A DNA stretch of 20,000 nt from Ancylonema sp. (Eukaryota): the NCBI GenBank assembly GCA_050230475.1, contig JBFLGF010000118.1, positions 45,286 through 65,285 of the forward strand. The letters are read 5' to 3'. The notes below the pieces were generated by a model. That model was not told the origin of the DNA. It did no database searches and saw only the letters and a program-made list of their open reading frames with translations. Position numbers and translations under genes: made by a program. Position 1 is the stretch's first letter. Each line of letters begins with the position of its first letter. Positions 9,478-20,000 of the stretch are shown here, one piece after another.

Positions 9478-10149
9478 TATAACCTCAGATGATTTTCGCC
9501 TTAAGGATCTGAGTCCAGACCCGGAACGGATCCGGATCGATCGCCAGGTCGGAGGTTCCCTAGTCGAACGAGGACCAACTATGATGCACACCATCTCGTG
9601 TGTGCTGACATATGACGAAGTGTCTAAGTTTCCACACGAAGTGTCTAAGTGGCTTGTTCTAATCAGGAATACACCTTATCAAATGCAGAAACACAAATGT
9701 TCAGATGTAGTCCAAGCCCTTGGAAGCTTGAATGGCTCTGTTGGACTCCGAATATGGATAGTTTGATTGGCATTGTTCCATTTCGCATCCCGCACATTTG
9801 AACTCCAAAGTCACATCACTTTACAGAGATGCTTCAGCCTGACTACTCCCTGCCTGCCCAAACCCCTCGGAAATATGTATGGTTACATGACACAGCCAAT
9901 ATACTGAATTGCCCTGACATATTATGCGAGCTTCGTAGTACCATACAATGTGATTGCATGGAATGGTCTCCCAGAATTGCAGGAAGTTAAGCAGGGGAAC
10001 ACATTTACAGAGTACAGACAAAAACAAGAAGACCAAGACCCGTATTCCCAAATTGCAGTAATGTATCGGCACATGACGGGAGCACTTTGTGTGCGAGCTA
10101 CCTTATACACAGTCTATGCCTTGATGTCTAGAGGTCAAATGTCTACCAT

Positions 10150-10997
10150 TTACAACTTGCCCGTGGGGCCAGGGGTGGGGGGGCCCTGGGGACCCTTTTT
10201 GATGGGAAGCAAGTCTTGGCCGGTGGTGGCACCGAAGTAACCAAGAGTCCCAGCACCTCCCAGAACCAAAAACTTCAAGAGAATGCCTCTCTTTGTGAAA
10301 GCTCCAGCGAATGTCTCAAAGAATTTGGACTGCGGGCAGAGTACAAAGGAATGATAGAGCTTAGTGCCTAATCGCTTGATAGACACTATGTTCCTGTTGC
10401 AATTTTTGAAGGTATTGAGTAACACAGGTACGCGAGGCTCCAAATGGCAACTATTCCGGGACTCTTCGTCGTACAAACTCGAAACGACACAGCTAGCATC
10501 CAGATGATGCCCTAATCGAATGCTCGTGAGAATACTCATGGGACGCACTTCCGCTTCAATAAGCCATGTCGTAGCGCAGTTGGTAAATTTCCTTATCGTG
10601 TGAATGAGGCAGTTCGGGGAGCCACATAGTGTGGAGTTGAATACAGAGCAACTCCAACGTGAATACCCGAGTCTCTATCAAGGTTAATAACAAATACTTG
10701 GGGAGTATCTGGATCCCTCCCTCACCACTCACTTTGGTATACTGCCCACTATGTGTCTCATACCTGAAGGCCATTGTAGGGTGCGGGTCCGTCCTGACCA
10801 TACAGGTCCCAAGCACCTGTGGTGTTCTTCACATCCTTCAGATCAAAGTAAACGCTTTCATCTCCGTACTTAGCGCGGGGAGCTGCCAGCCGCAGGCTTG
10901 ATCGCTTGGTTGCCGGGCAGCTGGTCTTCACGGACACCTTCTGTCCGCAGAAGCTGCTTGCGGCAATAGTAGTAGAGGCAAGAGCAAGGGAAGCCAT
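10150..10997 (-). CDS. psaH: Photosystem I reaction centre subunit VI (PsaH), chloroplast precursor, 137 aa
   Basis: Exons 10997-10764 and 10329-10150, with a GT-AG intron at 10763-10330. A Ser/Ala/Thr-rich transit peptide is followed by [53 protein letters not shown]...[16 protein letters not shown], the PsaH signature. Confidence 0.97.
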
Positions 10998-11918
10998 TTG
11001 AGTGATGGGCTGTGAGTATGGACCCTTGAATTCTTGAGATTCAACGAGAAAGGTGCGATGAATATTGCTGTAATCAACTGCGCAGACCCAAAAATTTCAC
11101 CATCAGAAATTGTCCCGAGTTTGGGTGCTCCAGGCTGGATAGGGCTGCTGTTGTGTGAACCAATCAGCGTCGAGTCTCCGCGCGCCAAATCCAGTTGCTC
11201 CCGATGCTCGATGCTCGTCCACGTTGGCATTTGTTATGACCGTCCGTTGGCTTCCGCCACGGACGCGGATGGCTACCGCGCGGCTGGCAAAGAGACAATT
11301 GTCGGTATACATAGTATTGTCGGTATATATAATATGTAGCGGTTGCTTGATAATCCAATTGTCATCACATGTGACAAGTATGTAAACTTGCACTGATGTA
11401 GCGGTGGTTTACTGTGGTTTACTGGCATTTCATACGTACCGCTGAATTCCGACGTGAAACCATGGCGCGTGGTCCAGGTCACTCATACTTAACCATTTAA
11501 ACCGCGACCGATATGTCTATTGAGTTTCACACAGAAAATCACCATATGTGTGTGCAAGGTAATTCTCAAATATACAATTTAATTGGTTATTATTTGTGAT
11601 TAGTACTCCACATATCCGATAAGCCGGCTCCTTCTTTTTTCTGTTTTTTTTTACACATACATAAATACTATTTTCGAGGCAGTAGAGCATCTACGACAGC
11701 TTTATTGTTCTGGATAACGAGAGAAAAAAAGTGTGGATGTGTTACGGTAGGGGCATCCATTAGTGTTATCGAATCCTCTATTGATGTGGAAGTGTGTTAT
11801 TCTGCTTAAGACGAGGCTAGAGAAGCCAGAATATAATGATACAGCTCATCAGATGTTTGTGACGTGCTGCGAGGCTTCGTGTCTGAGTTACATTTCTCCG
11901 TAGCTGTATCTAGGCGAA

Positions 11919-14900
11919 ATGGATGCCAAGAGCCGTCCAGCAGTGGTGATTGACAATGGTACAGGGTGAGCACTGCGTCTTCCCACAGCACATGATCAAA
12001 CACAATCACAGCCGATTTCTTGGCAACATCTCGGTTGGTATAGCCTTTCCAGCAAGAAAACAGACACAGAATGCAGAAACCGAAAGACAATGAAAGTGAA
12101 TGGGTGGGTGTTCTTCTGTGTAAGTCAGTGCGTTATTGACGTTTCTAGTTGCTTCACCGCCCCTTTTGACCATTGTGGTAGGTTGGCACAATTTCGGTTA
12201 CATGAATTTCGATTTTTGTGCAGTTACACGAAGATGGGTTATGCTGGCAACGTGGAGCCATCCTTCATTGTACCTACTGTGGTCGCGCTTAACGAGAATT
12301 TCAGCTCCATTAGTTCGGGACACCAAGGAGGAAGGTCCAGTGCAACAGCTGCAGCCCTTCATAGTGCTGGGGTGATGGCAGATCTAGACTTCTTTATTGG
12401 CGAAGAAGCTCTGGCTGCTGCCCGGCGAGGTTCCTACGTACTAAACAGCCCTATCAAGCATGGACAGGTATGCGTTAGAGGTGGTTTGCTTGAATCGTTA
12501 CCTGCACTCGTCCCTGCGCATCAAGTGCTAGATTTGATTGAAAGTGAGCTCATAAAGCTACAGGTTGGAGTCACCTGGCCACCGCATGCAGCACATCCTC
12601 TGAACTTTGTGGCCATATATAAAACTTGGAGACTTCGTATGGGTGCACTCGGGCCTGATATCAATTGCGCAACAGAAAGATGTTCTCGTTTCTCAGCTAG
12701 ATGGATGAGTATGTTTTCGGGGAGCAGGTGGAGAATTGGGATTCGATGGAGAAGTTTTGGCAGCAATGTATTTTCAATTACCTACGATGCGATCCGGAGG
12801 ACCACTATTTCCTTCTCACTGAGAGTCCTCTCACCAATCCAGAGAACCGGGAATACACGGCGGAGGTCATGTTTGAAACGTGAGACCTGATCCTTGTTTT
12901 CCTTGCCTTGAGAAACGTGGCTTCTTCCTGCAATTGCGTGCTCTCTTTGAGTCAGACAGGAACGTTTGTGGGTCAATGCTCAGGAGGCTTGATTAGGGTG
13001 AGGTTACCTCCTGCAGTTTGCTGCTGAATAGTTTGCTGTTGATGGTTACCCACTGCGTGTTACCCAGTTACGCTTTAATGCACGTTGTTACCCGAAACTG
13101 AAGTCACCCAATTTAGCTCATGGGTTGAGAACGAACATGTTCAACGCAGTCAAACATTGTACCAGAAAACCTCAATCACATCACACCCTCGTGCGTCTGC
13201 AGGTTCAATGTGGAGGGTCTGTACATCGCTGTCCAAGCTGTACTCGCCCTTGCTGCCGGTTACACGGCAGACAAGGTATGCAACGTGTGCAATGTTGAAC
13301 ACGTTTGGTTGCGACGGTGGGGCTGGGGCCTACAAAGATCTGGGCTGGCGTTTGCAATCACCCTTTATTAGCTTCATTTTGTGTGTGACCGAAAGTGCAA
13401 CAATAACTTTTTATATTAGTTAACATAAATCACAAACATGGTCCTAACTACTTTGAAATCCATAATCACATTATCCTATTTGGTGACTGGCTATATTGTG
13501 TTACAACTCCTTAGATCCAGTGTCTGTGGTGGTCACGAGACGAGTGATGTCCGTTGGCATCTGACGGCACACACTACTTCCTCGGGAGCTTCCATTACTC
13601 TGCATGTTATGCATCATCAGAATTAACCAGTACCTCGGAGAGCAGAAAGCTATAAGTTTCTGAGACCTACATCCGAGTAGCAGGGACGGATATCCTACTA
13701 TCTGTCATCCCCCTTTAAAGCCTGAAACAATCTTGTACTTCCGGTGACATAAACGGTCAGATCGGTTTCCTCGCTGCAGGCTCCGTTGACGGGTGTCGTG
13801 GTCGATGCTGGGGAGGGTGTGACACATGTCGTCCCTGTGGCCGACGGATACGTGATCGGCAGTTCCATCAAGAGCATTCCCATAGCGGGACGAGACATCA
13901 CCTCCTTTGTTCAGCAACTCATGCGGGTGTGTATAATCCCGAGTAGATATGGATATGATTGAAAAGTATGGACTGGGCGCCAACTTTCATGAAGGAAGCT
14001 GTGTATGTGACGTGGATTTAGACAAATTGCTATTGGCATATGACGGCAAAGCTGCGTTGAAGCTAATTTCACTGACTTCTGTTCATTGTTCAACCCGTAC
14101 ATCCCTAAGAACCAAACAGGGCACACGAAAATGCACACAACATGATGCAATCAATGTGATGTCTCATCCTGAGAGGGCGTGACTGGACCGGACCTAATTT
14201 GCATAACTGTTGGACCCTGGAATGACTTGAGTCTCTCTCTGTCCGAGTTTCCAGTGACACTTACTGACATACTTCACAGCACCATCGCAGGACAGAGGGG
14301 AGGCCGTGCCGCCGGACTACGCTATGGATGTGGCTCGAAAAGTGAAGGAGACCCATGGGTACACTTGTTCAGACATCGTGAAGGTAAGGCGTCACTTGAA
14401 CAATCAATCGCGTGGCTCAGTTTAGTCTGAACGTATGTGCCCACTTAGAGTCCTCAAATACACAAGGTGTCAACAAATCGCCGACGGCTGCTAGGGATTC
14501 AGGTGCTATACTTTGTCGGGGTTTTGGATAAATTTCTAGGCTTAGTGGCCACAGCTAGCTAGTTAGTGGCCATAGAATGTTCTCCTGTCATGCAGAATTA
14601 CATGAATCTTCTCTCGCCTGAAATGGAGGTTTTGTTGCGACGTAGAGACTGTCAGATTCACGGTACCTTCTCTACATAAGGAGAAGTCGATTTGATTACA
14701 AACTTGTCATGGACTATGGTGTGCATTGGGGTGTGACCTCAGGAATACGCAAAGCATGATCAAGAACCTGCAAAATATAGGAAGGTGTGGACGGGCAAAC
14801 ATCACAAAACTGGGGCTACATACAGCTGTGACATTGGCTACGAACGCTTCCTGGCGCCAGAGGTATGCCACTATCAGTAACAGGTCGTGGTGAGGATGGT

Positions 14901-16430
14901 CGGGTACTCCTTGTCCTCTACTCATAGGCAATGGGCTGGAAAGGTGGCAGGAAAAGCTCACGAATTATAAATTTAAAAGGCATCTATCAAGGTAGCAAAT
15001 ATTACGACGGTGTGTGTCGCTATGCTGGACTAGTTTGACATGCTGGCCAGCGCGGTCAACAACAGACTGTCTTACCACGGAGGCTTGGAATGAATTAGAC
15101 GGTCTGAGGAGAGCTGTCACATGCAACCTCATATATGTTTATCGAGCTTTACGCAGTAGGTTATCATCATGCAACATGAAACGTTCGCAGAGTTGAAAAG
15201 CTCCTGTACCTATTGAAAATGACACACGGGATCTGCTGTTGTATATGTGTCAGATATTCTTCAATCCCGAGATTTACAGCAGCGATTTCACCACTCCCCT
15301 GCCTCAAGTCGTGGATGACTGTGTACACAGTGCCCCCATTGACACCCGCAGAGCTCTCTACAAGGTACTTACCTTCTCAACCACTCACGCGGCATGAAGT
15401 CAATCGTGTGCTTAGCAGCACACCTGTACCTTGGAGGCCGCCCACTTCACAGATATCACAAGATTTCAGACAACGTGGGAAGAACCTCATTTCTTCCATA
15501 GCAGAGGTGCTGACCTGGTGGTGACAATCTGTGCGTAGAACATTGTGCTCTCGGGCGGGTCAACGTTGTTCAAAGACTTTGGGAGACGTCTGCAGCGCGA
15601 TATCAAGAAATTGGTGGATGTTAGAGTGGCTGGTCTGCACAGGGGGCAACAGGAGGCAGGAACCAAGGTGAAGCCACCTGCCAGCCTGTCTCAACACTTT
15701 TGTGCGTGCAGTTGAGCATTGAATCTGAACTGTGCTCTCTGCCGTGACAAAAACTGTAATAGTAGCAGAGCAATAGAGCAATAGAGCAATAGAGCAATAG
15801 AGCAATAGAGCAATAGAGCAATAGAGCAACAGAGCAATAGAACGATAGAGCAATAGAGCAATAGAGCAATAGAGCAACAGAGCAATAGAGCAACAGAACA
15901 GGGCATTTGTAGAATGCGAAAGCAAACAATGGAAGCAGCTTTGTATGTTCTCTCTCGACCAGCTTACTCCGGACCTTTTCTGAAAATAAGTCGATTGGAA
16001 AATTTGTATCGAAGAGTACAAAGCCGTTCCATTACAGCGCTAGGAAATCATTCATTTATTTGTTTTGACACTCTGGGCTGCAGCAGAATGGAGTGGAAGT
16101 GGCGGTGGTGAGTCACCCGATGCAGAGATTTGGAGTTTGGTTTGGTGGGTCTGTGCTTGCCTCGACCCCTGACTTTTATACGGTGAGATTTTGAACAAAG
16201 GCGTATTGAAACGGGTGTAGAGAGCCATCAAATCCCTGGAGTCTTATTTTCTGTTTTTTTTTTCTTTTTTTTTCTTTTAATTCTCACGAGTAGATGTCCA
16301 ATTTTCTAATTTTGTGTGGTTGAGTGCTTGTTAATATTTTTGTCTGCAGGCATCTCATTCCAAAGCGGACTACTGGGAATACGGCCCAGGAATATGTAGA
16401 ACCAACCCTGTCTTCAAAGGAGTGTTGTAA
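11919..16430 (+). CDS. ARP3: Actin-related protein 3 (Arp2/3 complex subunit), ~430-431 aa, 11 exons
   Basis: Exons 11919-11965, 12224-12467, 12728-12879, 13203-13275, 13780-13926, 14291-14383, 14743-14862, 15254-15364, 15539-15667, 16084(or 16087)-16182 and 16350-16430. All introns are GT-AG and the frame is continuous. Motifs: [121 protein letters not shown] and [10 protein letters not shown]. Confidence 0.97.
15767..15898. repeat. Octamer tandem repeat (AGAGCAAT)n, ~16 units, in ARP3 intron 9
   Basis: Read directly; a few variant units (AGAGCAAC, AGAACGAT). Confidence 0.97.
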
Positions 16431-19090
16431 TGAGTGCAATTAGTCCACCAACTAGTCTCCAGAGTAGCTCGAAGAGGCAAGTGGCCACCGTGGGTGGCAG
16501 TTATGGAAACTATAATTTTAAGTAGTGTAAAATTTCGAAAGATTGGAATGTAATAGAATAGAATCACCACAAGGCAACAAGCACCGATGATACTATCAAT
16601 CTTGACTCTAACCTGCAATTAACAATTAACTTGCTCCAATCGCTCTAGATGTGCAACAATATATAATGTTACGATGTATTGCAGCTACTGCTCAAAGTCA
16701 AGCTTCGTTGAGCAATAATCCAAACATTTTCTCTCTTGCTCGTGATACCATCTCCTCCGATGTCATCGTCGTACTGCATGAAAGTGGTAGTGTCTGAACG
16801 CTTCGTGATGCGCATGTCCCGGACGCCTTCAATAGTGGACGTACACCACACGCGTGTGCGAAGTCCCAGCGGATGTCTTGGTATATGTAGGATTTATGGG
16901 TTCTTTCTTTTCGTTCCTCACACCCGGCTAAACCCCGCAAACGTTTTGTGGCTCAAACGTTTTGGGATACCTAAATCAAGTTCTGAGCCTCTCGGTATGG
17001 TGTATATAGTAGGTAGCCCTCCGCGGATAGACACAGATATATCCATCGTCAAGGACGTTTTCTTTATAAAAAAACTACGCGGGGCCGAACGTCACGCACA
17101 CGCCCGTAAGAGATGTTGTTTTGGACACGTCCGAAAAGGCTATGGTGTGTCCCCGGAAAAAGTCAACGAGCCCTTTCTAGCATAATGAGCAACAAACACA
17201 ACATGATTTATGGCCCTTTGGCGTCCAAGATAGGCTCGATGAGGGGCGGTGCCTTTCTTACCTAAATTTCGGTTCGCAGTCCGGCCAGCCCTATCTCCGA
17301 CCGGGATCCGTCCTTTAGTCCAAATTGTCGGACCGGCGATATTAGGGTACTTTCACTTTTCACTTTGAGGTTCCAAGCAGACAATGAAACCTAGCTAAAG
17401 GAATATTGTATGATGGAATTACCTCCCTAAAGGAATAAAAAACCCCGGTCCTGACGTTGGGCGACTGTGATTAATCCAAAGCCTGCATAACTCTCCAAAA
17501 TAATAAGTACTCCCGGCCCGCAAACATGTAAAAAAAAATGTACGGAATCCATTCAACTCCGTACATATATACAAGTTTTTACATGTCCGTACAATTGTAT
17601 ATACATCTTCCAATATGTGGGAAGTTGCAACTCCACGCGCTACACGCTAAAATTTCGACTGGGCACCATTAGGCGGGAAGTACGAGTGCCCGCCACGTCG
17701 AATTTAATGTCAGAAAATTACGAGTGCCCGCCACGTCAGCTGATTACGTTCGCGGACCTCTAGCATCTCCCAAGTTGTGGAAAATCAAAGTGGAAGTGGC
17801 TACACGACACAACATATTGTGGATTCTAAGCTCGATACTAGTTTGTTTCCCGTCGTAGGCAACATAGGATTGGGTTTTAGGACAGTTAGAGCCGAAGATG
17901 TCTACTTGAATAACCTCTCTAGAGGACTATGATATCCGGTCCCGAGAGTATTCCTTTAGACACATTTTACTCTAGTTGGTCCCCGAGCCGGCAATTTTGC
18001 GAGCCAGCTCGGATCCGGCTCGCGCGCGACCTGGCTCGGAGCCAGGCTCGCAAAATCCGCGAGCGGAGCGGGACCAACTATGGTCCAAGCATAGTGGCGC
18101 GCGTCCGGCACCCACGCTTTTGAAGTTCACTAAAACATATGAGGTACGAATGCTTTTTGGCCCGTCTACCGATCTAGCGGGAGATAATGATCCGCAATTG
18201 ATTTCGAAAATGGTGGGTCGGGATAATTTGAGATATTTGTTTTGTTGGGGGTAGGTATTGTGTTAAATTCCAATTTTCGCTAAAAAAAAACGTTTCCTAC
18301 GATCAAGTGGGGTGGGTCACCACGGTAATTGACTAATTTAATTTTTACTAGGGCCATATATTATCTTACCAATACGGTATGGCCACGCAGCATGCGCAAA
18401 ATTTGCGCTTTGTCCGCGCGGCACGCATGCGCGGCACGGGAAACGCAGACTGAGGTTTTTTCTCGCGGAGAAATAAGTCCGGAGAAAACTATATCAGTAT
18501 TTATTTTGTCTTGTACATAAATGTCGAGAGAATTTTATATTCTACAAATCTCCGCCACGATTCGGCCACTCCCTGCCACAAGTAATTTTCCAAGAGAAGC
18601 TGTCGGGAGAACAAGAAATACCAAGATTCGCAAAGTTTGTCCTAGTCTATATCTCGGACACGAGTGGACCAAATCAGTTGGTGCCGGTTCCAGTAACCGC
18701 AAGGACCTCGATGCGAGTCCAAATGGCCTCTGAGGGTTAAGAGAACGGTCTGAAGGTGATTAGAATGACTGCGTACAACCGTTATCTATTGTGGCACACT
18801 TGCGGGCTCTTACTATGGGTTTACATCGACAAGTGTCAAAGGGGGTCAAGGTGACAAAAAAAAATTGCGCCATAAATTTGATGTTAGAATCGAAACACCA
18901 ATCACGATATTTTATGGCGAGGCAACGAGCTAGCGAGCATGAGTACCTCTTGGGGGGGTAACTTCCAGCCGTCGAAATTATGGGTAGGCTTATTCAAAGA
19001 AGTGCATCTGAAGATTTACTGATCCGATTGAAAATGTTTTAATTTAGAATGGTAGCTGGTTTTAAGAGCTTCGAAACGCTTTCTTTTTTA

Positions 19091-19531
19091 GGGACATGAT
19101 GCGTACAGACCCCCTCCTGTTAACTGCGTACAGACCCCCGTAATATCGAGAAAATGGCAAAACTCATAATGTCGCTGTACGTAGGGGCCATGGCCGTCCA
19201 AACCGTGGTTTCGTTATGGGAGTTGTTCGTACATCGACGCCCTACGAATTATCCAGACGCCCCTTTCCACTGACGGGGACCGTAGAGTCGGTTCGAGTAG
19301 ATTTGGTGGCCTGTGAGCCGTCGGACTGTCGTACGGATTATTCTTTTATTCTTTTAGATTCGACCGATTCTCGTTGGCCGACGTGGCTGTCGCTGACGCC
19401 AGTACCGGTGACGGAGATTTGCGCATAACGAAAAATCACGGTTTGGACGGCCATGGCCCCTGTGTACAGCGACATTATGAGTTTTGCCGTTTTCCCGCCA
19501 TTACGGGGGGTCTGTACGCAGTTAGTCGCCC
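19091..19531. mobile_element. Long-TIR (foldback/MITE-like) non-autonomous DNA transposon
   Basis: ~100-bp arms at 19121-19218 and 19424-19524 are near-perfect reverse complements (TAACTGCGTACAGACCCCC...GCAAAACTCATAATGTCGCTGTAC...GGGGCCATGGCCGTCCAAACCGTG...TTCGTTATG). Outer ends read GGG...CCC, flanked by TTTTA on both sides. Confidence 0.85.
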
Positions 19532-20000
19532 TTTTACTTCGGTCTCTTTACTTAAGCTCTCTACAGAGCTAAGTGTGTCAGTCGCTTTCCATCCTCTTCA
19601 AGTTGCTGACATGGCCCGTACATCTGTACGGATTTTGTCACTTCAGGTCCTTTGGGTGTCTGTGATTGGCTGATGACGCCGGAGTTTACGATTTCAATAT
19701 TTTGTCAACTTCGGCTGACACGTCACCGTTGACGTGTCGTGCTGTGATTGGCTAGTTTTCGGGTTTTGGTTGCATAATTTTGCGTGATATTTTCTCTGTC
19801 TTTGGGGGTCGGAGGTTGGTGTAAGTGGGGGGCAACACTTGCACCACCCGGTAAAAAAAACCGTGTTCGTTTTAGCATGCGATTTCATGTGTGTTAGGCC
19901 CCATACTACAACCTTCCAGAAATATTTGTCATTATCTAAATCTACCCTCATTCCTGTGGGATGTGCGATTATGTGTTGAAAGGAGAATGGAGGGCGATAT

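Noticed and set aside
9615..9650. 15-bp direct repeat ACGAAGTGTCTAAGT (period 21)
   Set aside because: Only two copies; most simply a local duplication. Not a CRISPR-like array.
12090..12890. 266-aa ORF as a standalone gene
   Set aside because: ARP3 exon 2 plus read-through into the flanking introns; the splice sites explain the true structure.
15560..16021. Three minus-strand ORFs with LLLYCSIA repeats that look like membrane proteins
   Set aside because: Translations of the intronic AGAGCAAT tandem repeat, antisense to ARP3.
16669..17185. Short ORFs downstream of ARP3, e.g. IEGVRDMRITKRSDTTTFMQYDDDIGGDG
   Set aside because: No recognisable domain, and no convincing exon chain or splice support.

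Overview
Eukaryotic nuclear DNA from a green plant. A streptophyte is likely, judged from psaH, a plant-type ARP3 and PBS motifs matching plant tRNA-iMet; the species cannot be determined. Bases ~290-8800 are a nest of decayed LTR retrotransposons. (1) A + strand polyprotein relic carries a retropepsin-type protease followed by a DNMT3-like C5-cytosine methyltransferase domain, i.e. a DNMT-carrying retroelement. (2) A Ty1/copia element (LTR, half-tRNA PBS, gag) is inserted into that methyltransferase. (3) A second, inverted Ty1/copia element has its gag start inside the LTR and reads through the PBS. The two copia elements are fused tail-to-tail with their 3' parts missing. The centre holds two intact, divergently transcribed host genes: psaH (2 exons, - strand) and ARP3 (11 exons, + strand). 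The flanks contain MITE-like inverted-repeat elements and degraded repeat DNA. All calls come from manual reading and motif recognition; no database searches were run.
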